The notes under the pieces are model-generated. The model was given only the letters and a program-made list of their open reading frames with translations, was not told the DNA's origin and did not search any database. 64,000 nt of DNA, taken from positions 144,274,001-144,338,000 of the forward strand of contig OZ024740.1 of assembly GCA_964016885.1 (NCBI GenBank), given 5' to 3'. Source of the DNA: Eledone cirrhosa (Eukaryota). A program made the position numbers and the translations under genes. This document shows, one piece after another, positions 38,676 through 51,441 of this stretch (position 1 is its first letter; each line of letters opens with the position of its first letter).

Positions 38676-40046
38676 CGATTTATTTTTTAACTAAAGTAGC
38701 ATGACATTCTATATAATGCTAACAGTTGCAAGATTCAGAATATATCAAGTAGAATTAAATCCTAACCCTTGCATTTGACAATCTGACATTTAAAGAAAGT
38801 CAAAATTCCATTATTTAAATCACTCTTTTATCAGATTTCAAACAAAGAGAGTATAAATTAAATTGTTATTTCCCTACAATAATTTTAGCTAACCTTAAAA
38901 AAAAAAATTACTAACAGAACTTTAAAATACCCACAGTGAAACATATCTGTGTTTATTATACATAAACATTGTATATGCTTTCATACATGCCTCTACTATG
39001 AGCCTATTCATGCTTTAAGATATGGCGCCGACTCATAAATTAATTCTAATGAAATAGATTAGTTAATTGCTGTTTAGATCTACATTCTAAGTAAAAAGTA
39101 TCTCTATTATATGCTAATATAAAAATAATTTTTAATAATTCTAAATTTAGAAAAATTAAAAATACTATATACCACACAACTATATCAAATAATCAGACAG
39201 ATATACAATCAAGAATGTCAGAAAATACTGGAAAAATAACATTTACTATATTAAGTGAAACAATTAAATCAGTTTAACCAACAAAATTGCACCTTTTTAA
39301 ACAAATCAGTAGTTCTTTAATTAATTTTTTTTTTCTAAAGTTATTGGAAATTTTTAATTCATGTTTTTATGAGCAACTCCTAACCTTTCGCAGTGAAAAT
39401 CAAATAGTTGAAATGCAATGCCATAGTAACACTTGAATTCTAGAGGGAAAACTAATCATGAATTTCCTCTACGTTTTGAAAAGAAATAATAAATATATTA
39501 CTCTATTTCTTACAATGTCAAGAAACACAAGACTTTTAGAGGAGGAGACATACGATATCGGGTTCATATCTTATTTTCCTTTGTTTATTTATTTCTACAA
39601 AATCCTAAATGAGATGATTGGAAACCATGTCCTAGAACAAAAAAAAACAAACGAAATGGGGAAAAAGTATTTCACCTTAATGTAATTCAATAGTTATGTC
39701 CCTTGAACAAACAACTAGCAATCACTTAGAAGATTCTAGTAATAATAATAATATTTTGAAAGATATAAATTGCCTTTTTTAAAATCTCTCTTTTTGGAAC
39801 AAGCTGCCTTTTAATGAATTTAAAATAAAAAACAAAAAATTGCAATTAAAAAAATCATTACAGTTGATCTTTCTCCTCAAACGGATAAGTGTGTGTGTAT
39901 GTGTATAGATGGTAATGAAATTATTGTGTACAGTGCTCAGGTGCACTACAACTAGATAGAGATATAAATATGCACACACACATATATATAGTTGAAAAAG
40001 GAGGTAAAGTTCCATACAAATCAAAAATTATAGGTAAAAAAAAAAT

Positions 40047-40521
40047 AAAAGTAAAAAGCACAAGGGTATATTTAAAGATTCCTTTCTTTAATCCAACAGA
40101 ATAAATATTTTTATAATTGTTACATTAAATGGATTTAAATTTTGTCAAATATTACCCATTTTGATTGGTGTGTCAATCTTATCAAATATTTAAAAAAATT
40201 TGTTCTCGTATTCTGTGGGCAGTTATGTATGTGAATTTTCAAAACTTTTATATATGTTCCTTGTGAAGGTGGAGTGGTGATAGTGAGACTGGTGTTCAAC
40301 AGACCAGGATTCAATTGAATCCTGACAAAAATGTTCTAACTGCCCACAGAATATGAGAACAAACTTTTTAAATATTTGATAAGATTGACATACAAATTAA
40401 AACCAGTAATATTTGACAAAATTTAAATCAGTTTAATGTAACAATTATAAAAATATTTATTCTGTCGGATTAAAGAAAAGAAAAATCTTTAAATATACTC
40501 ATGTGCTTTTTCACTTTTACC
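40047..40521. repeat. Long inverted repeat / foldback element
   Basis: Arms about 40047-40225 and 40337-40521 are reverse complements with few mismatches. The spacer holds a perfect 20-bp palindrome at 40305-40324. Confidence 0.9.
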
Positions 40522-40608
40522 AACGAGAGAGAGAGAGAGAGATACATGTTAAAATTACTCGATTTTTCACTATGGGTACATTAAAATAACACATCGAAAA
40601 TTTGAAAT

Positions 40609-40925
40609 TTAACCCTTTTGATACCAAACCACCTAAAACAGGCCAAAACTGATTATATTAAAATGTCTTTATCTAAAAAACATTCACCCCATGATTTTAT
40701 GTCCAAACCTTTATTAGGTTATGCTTTAAACACCAGCTTATCATCATCATCGTTTAACATCTATCTTCCACGCTAGCATGGGTTAGACGGGAATTGTCCC
40801 ACTTGAGGCAAGATTGGTTGGGTGACTGTCTCGCTCAGAAAAGTTAGTTATGTCAAAAATACTTTATTCTCAAAATTATTTTGGAATAACAGTATTTCAT
40901 TAGAAATATGAAAACGAAAGGGTTT
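40609..40925. mobile_element. piggyBac-like MITE family 2 with an inserted RTE tail (40740-40836)
   Basis: TTAACCCTTTTGATACC...GAAAGGGTT termini. The internal tcatcatcatcgtttaac... is an RTE 3' tail on the minus strand. Confidence 0.65.
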
Positions 40926-41577
40926 CAGAGTTATCCTTATTAGGTAATTAGAACCCACCAACAACAACAGACTAGAGTTGCAGTGCTCATTAGATAATAC
41001 AGCACTACCAAACTGTGCCTGCTGGAATCGTCACACACACTTAACGCCTATACCTCTACATATAAGAACTACACACATTCTCCTCTATTCTTAGTAAGGG
41101 CTTTCTGTAACTGAAATATAAAAAAATGAGGTAAACTTATAATTTTATTTTTATTTTCACTCATTTTGAACCTGTATTGTACTGGCTTTCTCAATTAGTT
41201 AACTCTTTCACAATGCTTCAAATACACTATTCTCTAGTTTACCGTGTGTAAATCACAATCTCACAACAAGTGTCCTATAACTCATGAATTTTTTATAACT
41301 GTATCTTTCTCCCAACTTCCTAGCTATTTTAAAAAATAAAAATGTCAGTATTATAGGAAATGATTTATTAGATATATCATATACTATAATTGAAAATAAA
41401 CCTAATAAATTTACTTACAAATTAAACCTGTTCCGAAAATCTTAGCTATGTCTGACATTCTATTCTTTTATCCAATATTACATAATGAAAGATTTAAACT
41501 AGTAGCTACCATTGCAGAAGTGAACTAAACAAGTATTTTCAAAAGGATGTTATATTAAAGAGTATAAATATACTTAC

Positions 41578-43316
41578 TTTTTACAGAGATGTCTGGAGAC
41601 ATCAGATTTACGAAATCCATCCAAATTGTAAAGTCGTTTAGCTAAGCGAGCAGCTGATGGACGATCCACACTTTTGAACGGTTGGTGATATAAGCAATCA
41701 GAATCTGAATGTTCATTGCCAGGTTCCACAGTTTCTCGAAGACTAGTTATGAAATCAGTTTTATTGTCAACTCCAATAAAAGGTTCCTTTGAGACACTCT
41801 CCTCAGCAGACTCAACACCAATGCAGGAATTAAGTATTGATGCCACAATGTTAGAAGTTGGTGCTTCTATTTTCCTATCAGTTGCCTCTGAAGAGACTGG
41901 TGACTGTGGTTCTAGAAGACTGGAAAGAGGTCCACCGTCATTACATACTCCTGAAGGAATGTTTGAGTCTTTAGCACCGTCGACTGAGGAATCCACTTTA
42001 GAACAAGTGGAAGCAGCATCTTTTGTTTTAGTCTCCTTACCTTTAGGTTTGATAGCCCGTGGTTCATCAAGGCTTATGAAACCTGGCATGAAGACACGAT
42101 CAGATGATTTTTCACTTGATTTCCGTTCCGGTGAGCTCTGCAGACTCCTTGAAACAGGCACCAGTCCATCCTTATCCCCTAGTTTCTCCAGGGAGGATCC
42201 AGAACTCTGATATGCAAGAGTATCTAGAGAATAAGCCAAGTTATCATCATCTATATCAATGCTTACTAATGTAATATCAGTGCCTGACTGTAGATAGTTT
42301 TCATGACTTTTACTCGTACGAACCAATGAGTGACTGCCTCTTGAAGCAGCAACTATTTTTTCAGCACTTTTACTTGTTACTATACTTGATTTAACTTCAT
42401 TGTCTGATGATGATGATGCCATTGTGCTGCTTTTATCATCTGAAGACTCTACTACCTCAGGGCTGGGTTCAGAATCACTATTTGATAAACTTCGTTTGGA
42501 GTTCTCCTTCATAGTGAATAACTGTGTGCATTGCTGTTGCTGGTAATATTGATGGTTGGCAGGGTCAAGAGGATGGGGTTCAAACTGATCCCAAGATTCC
42601 ATAGAACTGGAAGGAGTTTGTCTTAGAGAAGGAATGAACTCCTCTGGACTAGCAATGGGAGGACTTGACATAGAAAGAGGTGGTGATGGCCAGTTCATGT
42701 TACCATCATTTCTATTGTCTGCAGGAGCAGACTCAACCCGACCAAGAGGTGTGTGTACTGTTTTGGGGTTATCAGGCCCACTAAAAGAGTGATGCCGGGG
42801 AGCCCCAATTACCCTGTTTTCATTCACTTTCTTCTCGGCTGCTATGCGATTGAACTCTGCAGAGATGAGACAAATTTCTTCATCCTCATCTTCTTCTTCT
42901 TCTTCTTCTTCTTCTTCTGCAATATTACTGCCATAAACCAATTGCTTATAAGGCACCTTTTTGGGACTGTCTACCTTTTTGGGAGATTTGTGTGGAGCTG
43001 TTGTCTTGATGATCATATCACCTGTCATGACAAACGTCTCAAAACCAGTTCCTTTGCTTGGAGACTCTGCAGGAGTTCCTTCTTTTGGGGATTCTTTTTT
43101 AGTGGTTGCATTGGGTGTGCATTGAGCCACAGCATCCAAGATACCGTTCTCAAAGCACATGGCCTTTACATAGCTGTCGTTGTGTTTAGGGTTAACATCT
43201 GAAGGACGAGGCAACTTGCCATTACTGCTAGCAGAGCTTTTATGCAGACTGCAAGATACTGGGATTGGGATGCGGGATGGACTACTGGAGACCCTGTCAA
43301 CCATCTTGACTGGCAT
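41578..43316 (-). CDS. PSD: Large coding exon of PH and SEC7 domain-containing protein (PSD/EFA6, Arf6 GEF): disordered N-terminus, SxIP, MTED-like motif, start of Sec7
   Basis: 581-aa ORF ending AARLAKRLYNLDGFRKSDVSRHLCK, the EFA6 Sec7 N-terminal signature. SRIP at 43266-43277; FETFVMTGDMIIKT at 43002-43043. Acceptor ttcttccttgcag (exon starts 43360); phase-2 donor AA|GTAAGT at 41578. Confidence 0.92.
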
Positions 43317-43559
43317 CAAACCCTGGTTCCTTCCGTTTGGCCATTAGTTATTTGATCTTTCTGCAAGGAAGAAAAAAATTGAATTTAATAATCAGTTACT
43401 CCATATAGTTTATGATTAAATTCAATCTTATTAAAATGAAAAATAGATAATGTTCTGAGAATTTGATGAACGTTGCCATTTAAACTAACAGGTAGGGAAA
43501 ACTACATATGGAGTAGATGTACAGGGAAATTTGACAGTAGAAGTCAGAGATAGACAGAT

Positions 43560-44205
43560 TTTTCAAATGCAGGTAGGATCTATAGAGGTGGTTGATAGCT
43601 TCTGATACCTAGGTGATCAGATTAGCAATGCTGGAGGGTGCTCCGAGGCCATTGTATCTAGAATAAGGATGGGTTGGAAGAAGTTTAGGGAGCTGCTTCC
43701 TCTGTTGACAAAGAAAGGCTTCTCCCTGCGAATGAAAGGCCAGTTATATGATGCCTGTGAGATGCGCGATGCTGCATGGTAGTGAGACATGGGCAGCAAC
43801 TGCGGAGGATATGCGATGGCTGAGAGAAATGAAGCAAGCATGCTCCTGTTGGATGTGCAATATCAATGTGCGTTAACGACCAAGCATAGATGAGTTGAGG
43901 GAGAAGCTGTGTATAAGAGGGATAAGTTGTGTGCGGGAGAGAAGACCGTTGGTATGGACATGTGATTCGCATGGACGATGACTGCTGAGTAAAGAAGTGC
44001 CAAGAAATGCCAGTAGAAGGAAGACGCAGTAGAGGAAGACCATGAAAAACATGGACGGAGGTGGTGAGAGCTGATCCCAGATTGCTGAAGCTCACAGAGG
44101 AGATGACGAAGGACCGTGACAAGTGGAAAGATGCTGTGCTGAATAGGACCCATCCCACCCTTGCAAGCAGGGAAAAGCAGATGTAAAATAATGATGATGA
44201 TGTTG
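43560..44205 (+). mobile_element. Decayed RTE 3' fragment, short-UTR subfamily
   Basis: GWKKFRELLPLL, LYDAC, MLHGSETW and WYGHV, with a short tail then (GAT)n. Confidence 0.85.
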
Positions 44206-46556
44206 ATGATTTATGATTTTCCTTCTCTTTCATTTTGCATGTGCGTGTGTTCGTGTGTGTGTGCTTTTGTGCAATAAACTAATTACAGTTTAATAGTTTT
44301 AAACAATATTTCAATGTGTCAGTTTTAGTTTGTAAAGTATCATAGCCTACATTCTTTAGTGAGTTCTTATATACCGATTTTCTTTAATGCTGATAAAGAA
44401 ACTTCAGACTCCTACCCATTTATTTTCAGGAGGTGGGTGGTTATTTAAAACAAAATTTTAAGGATTTAGTTTTTATCACCACAAACTCAGACTTATATTG
44501 ATACAAACTTATTTCATGCACGATTCAAATAATTTATTTTCTGCTTAGTCAAAAAAGGAAACGTAGTGTCCGTGACCTTTTTCGGGGCCTATGTGATTAG
44601 TCAAGATATCTTCAAACCAGAGACCTGGACCAAGTGCTTGCAACAGTGTAGTGAAATCTGAACTGAGAACACACACACACAAAAAAAAGAACAAATACTG
44701 CAAGGTAAACACCAACAATTGTGCCAATCCATTGCTATGAACTGGTATGGTATTTTATTGACTCTGAAAAACCGGAAGGCAAAGTTGACCTCAGGAGGAT
44801 TCGAACTTAAAGTGCCGAGAGCGGACACAAACATTGCCCTAATGGCTGCCAATTCACTGTCTAACAAAAAAGGAAAAAAATAATGAAATAGTAAATATGA
44901 AAAGTCCAGTTATTCGATACTTAGTTTAATATTTTGGCAGAAAATTACTTGAAATAGTTAAGTTGATTTAAAATGTAATCCCCATAAATGTGAATGTATT
45001 ATTACCTAAAATAAAATAAAAATATATCTTTGGATGTAAATGACCCAAATATATAATTCTGAAGTTCATTTATGAAAAATAAATAAATAAATAGAGCAAA
45101 AAGAAAATAGAATCCAAGTCCAAAATAGAAAGTCTTTCAGATATAGTAAATTAATGCCAGGAAGAATCTTGATATTTGGAGAATTCCCAAGTTGTAAGCA
45201 AGTATACTTTACAACAAATATTTATAGAACACCTATGGATAAATAAGAAAAAAAGAGAAGTAGACAAAAAAAAATGCTTAATATTAAATATTTCCATGAT
45301 AACTAGATTACATTGAAATATTCTCAATTTTGCATTTTAAACTAAACAATATAATAAACTGGAGTAGACAACTGATGTTCACAGCCAGTACTTTTAACTT
45401 TACACAGAGATGGGGGGCTTAATGTTAAAAAAATAGGTGATAGAAAATTGTTTTGTAGTTTATCTATTATTATTTTTTTTTGGTTACTAAGAATATTTTT
45501 CCAATATGGAGCATTAGGCATATGCTATTGAAGAGGGAAACAGTAACAAATAAAACCTATTCAGAAACTACTGTTTTATAGAATGTATTTAAACTCATTT
45601 AGAGTAAATATGAGTTGGGGAAACATCAATATAGTGAGAGCACATTCAAACCAACCAAAAACACCCCAAAAGATGGTTGAACATGGATCCTCTATATGTT
45701 ACTGAGTAGCTCTAGTGGATTTTGCTCATAATTTTATTGCAAGATAATAAATCAATCACATGAGGACAATTCAGACTACAGCACAGGTATGTCAGATTCT
45801 CATCTAACTTGGAAATGCATATCCTTGTACTCTTCATACTACTATGGTTGGTTTTTTGTCCTCTGATCATCCTTGATTAGGCAGACCCATAAGGCAATTT
45901 GTGTGATCATATCAATTATTCAATGTGTATCTAGGACTACATTATTCAATGTGTCGTTTTAAGGCAGTGATTTGAGAGTAATTTGACTGCTATTTCTAGT
46001 GGGTTAACCAACTTTATAGGGGCTCTTGTTTGTTATGTCTTAGTTGGTTGTGTGGAGTCTAGTGTAGCAGTCAGAATATTGATGTCCTGACAAATGCATT
46101 CATACATGATCAAAGGGTCTCTTGGTATCTACAGCAGAGATGAACAATGTGGACTTGCTATAAAACAGCTTCCATTTCATAGGATATATTTGAAGTTGTT
46201 GACAAGTAAATACAAAATTTAGACCTGGACAGACACTGTTATTGTTGGTGCTATGTACAAGTCCTAATTAAAATATGAATAATATCAGAATGGTATTGTA
46301 ACAGAATTCTGAAATGGTGTGTGTGTGAGTGTGCATAGTTGATTGTTCATTATTGCCCATGTAGTTTCAGGAGATAGACTTTGATTCATCTAATTTCTAG
46401 AACTATAGGCCCAATTATCATCCAGTTTTTCAGTTTAATATCTATCCACTGTGTAGATAGTATGTGGTGTGCAACTGTATTATCTCATAGAGATTGTTTA
46501 GAATCGTATGAAATCTACTATACTTTGTGGCATGAGGTTTGGAGCCCCAAACAAAG

Positions 46557-46597
46557 ATGTTGGTCATTATGTTGGTCATTATGTTGGTCATTATGTG
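46557..46597. repeat. 12-bp minisatellite (ATGTTGGTCATT)x~3.3
   Basis: Directly visible tandem repeat. Confidence 0.9.
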
Positions 46598-47404
46598 GTT
46601 TGTTCAAAATTTATCAATAACTACTTATTTGTTTTCACCATGACCTTTATATGCAATGTGGTAGATGTTGGTGTTTTATGTAGAGTGCAAGGTTTTGCTT
46701 TTTGTTATAATGAAAAACTTATAAATTAAGGAATTTAATTTGTAAATGATTAGAGTTTATATGACTTTTCAGAAGAGCAATAGGAGAATGTAATAACAAT
46801 GTAGGCTTCTCAGTGTACATTTGCAGGAGTTTAGAAAAATTGTGCATGTAAAAGTAAAGACAGATGAGTGATGGGACAGAACTCAATGGCATATCATTTG
46901 CTAACTAAGGATTAAAATATAGGTTCGAGTGATGAGAGAGGTGACAAAGAAAGAGTAAAATAATGATGGAGACAGAGACAATGGAAGAGACAGAGTGACA
47001 AAGAAAAAAAAAACTAGGCATCTGTTTACACATGTAAAATAAAATTTAAAAAAAAAAACATGACTTCTATTTTGACTTTCAGTTTCACAAATACGGAATA
47101 CCTTAAAAAATGACAAAGCTTATGTTAACATTTTAATATAAGTTTCTTTCCATATATTTATTAAACATTTTTATTCTTGTTATTTACCTTTTTCTCTATT
47201 TTCTTAGTTCTTTACATAATTATGTTTGATTGAAAAGTTGTTCATCATACATACACAATCACATGTCAATATACAGAGATAATTTTCACCTTAACCCATT
47301 TGTTACCATATTTCTTGTGAAAATACAACCCTATCTTTGAAAATTATGAAGAATTTGAAAGGATTTGATAAAATAATTTATTCATCATTATTAATATTAT
47401 CTGA

Positions 47405-49322
47405 ATTAGAAAGACTGGAAAAATGGGGGTAGCAGAGACCAGTACCAGGTGGCTAAGTATACACAGCTCAGAGAAAGTTTTCCAACGTCCTGAGATGTGA
47501 GGATCCGAGACACAAAGTGTTCTGCATTGCAAGGCAGTGTGTCAGTGTGAATCCTGATGTAGGGAAAAAGAGTGTTAGAAACAACACCAGTGTATTTAGC
47601 ACCACAGTTGCTCAAAAGAAAGAAACTTAGAAACATTTCTGTAACTGATGAATGTAGAGAATGAAGAGAAACTACCTCCACCCACCCAACAGAAGGGACA
47701 GCCATTGAAGTTGACAGTTATAGGGTTAAAAGAAGCAATCAAATAGATGAAAAATGGTAAAGCTGCAAGACCATCAGAGGTAACTGCTGTGATGCTAAAA
47801 GCATCAGGAAAAGTATCAGTCAAACTAGTAACCTGCATAGTTAATCAGGTAATAGAGGGTGGTGTGATACCCAATGACTGGTGCAGCAGTACAATCGTAA
47901 ATTGCTACAAGGGAAAAGGTGATGCTCTAGAGAAGGGCAACTATAGATGAGTAAAACTAATGGACCAAGTTATGAAAGTGATGGAAAGAGTTATAGTGCA
48001 ACTAATTAGAGAAAGAGTAAAATTAGATGAGATGCAGTTTGGTTTCACACCTGGGAAAAGTACTACAGACATCCTGTTTTTAGTGAGGCAACTACAAGAG
48101 AAGTTCTTAACCAAAAGTAAGTCACTATACCCAGCTTTCATTGACCTAGAAAAAGCATTTGACAGAGTACTCCGAACTATTATGTGGTGGTCCTTAAGAA
48201 AATTAGGTGTAGAAGAATGGTTGGTGAGAGCAGTGCAAGTTATGTAGAGAGGAGCTGTCAGTAAAGTGAGAGTACGCAATGAGTTTAGTGAAAAATTCAA
48301 GGTACAAGGAGTTCATTAAGGTTCAGTTCTTAGCTCACTACTATTCATTATAGTCCTCCAGGCTATAACAGGAGTTTATGACTGGCCGCCCACAGGCACT
48401 TCTCTATGAGGATGATCTGGTCCTTATAGTCGAATCCATTAAAGACCGAGAAAATAAGTTCCGACTATGGAAACAGAATTTAGAATCAAAAGGGCTGAGA
48501 GTAAACTTAGCCAAAACTAAAGTGCTAGTGAATAGGAGAGAAGACAGGGCCCTGATTCCTTCAGGGAAGTGGCCCTGCACAATATGTAGAAAGGGTGTAG
48601 GCATAAATTGCATTCGATGTACACAATGTAAATCTTGGGTACACAAAAGATGTGGGATAACAAGTAAGCTAACAGGAAGGGAAGACTTTGTAGAAGATGC
48701 ACGACGGTAATTGAGGAAAAGATAATCAGTGATGTAAGCCTGTTCCAGTCACAGGAAGGAGCTGTATAAGTGGTTGATAGCTTCTATCTAGGCAACATAA
48801 TTAGCAATGGAGGAAGATGCTCCGAGAGCAAAATAGCTAAAATAAGGATAAGATGGAAGAAGTTTAGACAGCTACTCCCACTGTTGACAACAAAAGATTT
48901 CTCCCTACGTACAAAAGGACGACTGTATGTTGCCTGTGTGGGAAGTGCGATGCTGCATGGTAGTGAAACAGACTGTGATTGCAGAGGATATGCATAGACT
49001 GGATGTGAGAGAAAGGCATAGCTTGGATGAGTTGAAGGAGAAGCTGGGTATAAGAGGAATCCAAAATGGTGTACAGGAGAGAAGACTGCATGGGTTTGGA
49101 TACGTGATGCGCATGGGCAATGATCGTTGGATCAGGAAATGCCAGTGGAACGAAGTTGCGGTAGAGGTAGGCCAAGAAAGACCTGGGCAGATGTGAAAGC
49201 TGACTTCAGATCAGAGACTCAGAGGTGATGATAAAGGATCGTGATGTGTGGAAAGATGTCGTTTTGAGAAGGATCTGTCCAACTCATTCAAGCATGGAAA
49301 AGCAGGCGTAAATACGATGATG
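47405..49322 (+). mobile_element. Longest RTE remnant in the window (RT core to tail), inserted in a family-2 MITE spanning 47291-49466
   Basis: MKNGKAA, IPNDWCSSTIVNCYKGKGD, QFGFTPGKST, FIDLEKAFDRV, LLYEDDLVL, PHD-like finger and tail. The two flanks join into a TTAA-bounded MITE. Confidence 0.9.
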
Positions 49323-49689
49323 GTGAATGGTCTTAGGAACATGACAAAATATTCTTTCATAAAAATCATGATGGAAGATTTTGATTTATATATGAATATT
49401 TTAAAAATGAGATGTGTATGTGAGTATCAGAGGCTATCTCAAGCTGGTTGGTGTTGAAAGGGTTAATATATAGAGTAGCCTCTGCAAACAAGTGCAAACG
49501 TTATTAACCATGAAACTAGGCTTTTAAACGAATCCAAATTATCATATATACCTGTATTTGACAAAAAGAAAGGAAAAAGAAAAAAAAGAAAAGATGGGGG
49601 TGGGGGGTCGACTTATATTTGATGTCCATTATTGCTGATTTTCACCACCTTCAAAATTCTACGTAAATGAGATAAAATATTTTCAAGTA

Positions 49690-50250
49690 CACGAGTGATG
49701 GAAGACAGGAGGCTGAATTAAGTGCAGGAATTGCAGGAGCTGGTGCAGTAATGTGCCAGCTTCAGCATCAGTAATCATAAGAGAGGCAGGCATCAAAGCC
49801 AAACTGGCTATTTTCAATTTGATATTTATGCCAACCCTTACCTATGGTCATGAATCTTGGGTAATGATTGGATGAATATGATTGTGAATACAGGCAGCCG
49901 AAATGGGTTCCTCCAAAAGGTCTTTGGAGTAATGTTACTCGATACAATGCGTAGCTCGGAGAGTCATTCCAGATAGAGCTGCTACTTCTCCGAATTGAGA
50001 GATCACAGCTGTGACACTACGGACATGTGGTTAGAATGTTTCAGGAAAGAATCACTGGACAGATTTTTCAGGCGAAACCAATCGGGGTAGACCTCGAGTA
50101 AGATGGTTGGATAACATCCATGAGCTTAGCTGGTTTCACTTGGGGATCCAGCCAGATCAGTTGGAGATGGCTACTTCTGACAGGACTCACTGGAAGGAGT
50201 GTTTAAGGACTCTGCTCCACAACCCACTCAGCAATAAGTGGGCGAAGAAG
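49690..50250 (+). mobile_element. RTE fragment of a different family (Expander/Rex3-like)
   Basis: FMPTLTYGHESWVM, IQAAEMG, LLLRIERSQL and GHVVRM. Confidence 0.7.
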
Positions 50251-50767
50251 AGAAGGTGAATATTACGCTGGTTTCACTTTCAACATGAAATTTGTATTCC
50301 TTTTGGATGTTTTGAATGCATATAACCTTGAAAACAGTCAATAATGGTAAAAAAAAAAAATCATAACGTAATGGAGTTGTGAATAAAACCTATACTCTAA
50401 ACAACACTTAAAAATTTTAAATATAAAAAAATTAAAACTTCATAAATATATTCTCCACTTATGAGAATTTCAAAACCACACCATCTAAAAAAATGTGTTG
50501 ATTGCCTTGACTTATAAAAGAGGTTTACATTTTTACCTATTTCTCAGACATAAAATAGAAGAGTTAGCTTATAGTATATACAGTAATTCTTTTTTTTTTT
50601 TTATTTTAAACATGTAACCTAAGCAATCACCAAAAACTCTTCTACATCTTTATCCTTTCATGACATGGAATAGCTTTTAAGTTTAGAGTGTTGAAATATA
50701 ATTTTACATGTCACTCACTTTATTGAAAGTTCTCACAATAGTTATGTTAGGTAATAGTTGATATATC

Positions 50768-51441
50768 AGATGAAAGAATGGTATTTAACTGATGTATTGG
50801 TACGCGATGGGGCCCACCCCCAGCCCCGGCGGATAGAATGGAGAAGGCGTTTCCCTGGAGGACGGCAAAGGAGATGCACTGGAAAAGCCACTCCAACTCG
50901 CGGGTCTCACCCCTGCGGCTGGCCAGCTCAGCACCTATGGTGGTGAGTAAGGAGGTAGCCCTGGGGCCGAGGAGACCAGAAGTCTCCACTGCCAGGGGAA
51001 CGACCGCAAACATGTCGAAGAGCGACCGGTATTTGAGGAATTTGGTCCCCTCAGCTCGACGTGCAGCAGAACCTGGGTCAGTCGCAGACTGCACCAGGTT
51101 GCAGCTGCAGAAAGTGTCGGTGCAAGTGGCATCCCAGACGAGGGGTTTGCCACCGTGGAACGGGAAGATGGTCATGTCATCTGGCCTTTTGCCATCCCCT
51201 CGATCCAGCCCCACCGGTTCGAGCTGGGAAGGGAAGCCTGCAGCGTCCAAGCCATGCTTAATGACCTCGTTGAGGGCAGCATGGCGTGGAATGCGGCCGG
51301 CACTGTGGCGACAGGAAAGCGGATGGAGGCTGAAAGAGTCCACGGTGGAACCGCAGTGACATTGGTGTGACTGGCAGATCTGGAGGCCGAGCCTCAGGGA
51401 AACGCCGATTCGCAGGCTATGGTTGTCTAGCTGAGTGCCAG
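50768..51441 (-). mobile_element. 5'-truncated copy of the CRE-type element (RLE domain and 3' end)
   Basis: Closely matches 6188-6860; ORF 50747-51343 encodes RH...RPD...WD RLE motifs. Shares the 3' terminus ccattctttcatct. Confidence 0.92.

Noticed and set aside
1-41577. Next PSD Sec7 exon (expected N.FS...EEYL...GETQERER)
   Set aside because: No matching minus-strand frame seen by eye. It probably lies left of the window, though I could have missed it.
41716-43202. Plus-strand ORFs of 164 and 149 aa
   Set aside because: Antisense to the PSD exon.
46557-46597. Short direct repeats as a CRISPR-like array
   Set aside because: Contiguous tandem units with no spacers, in a eukaryotic context.
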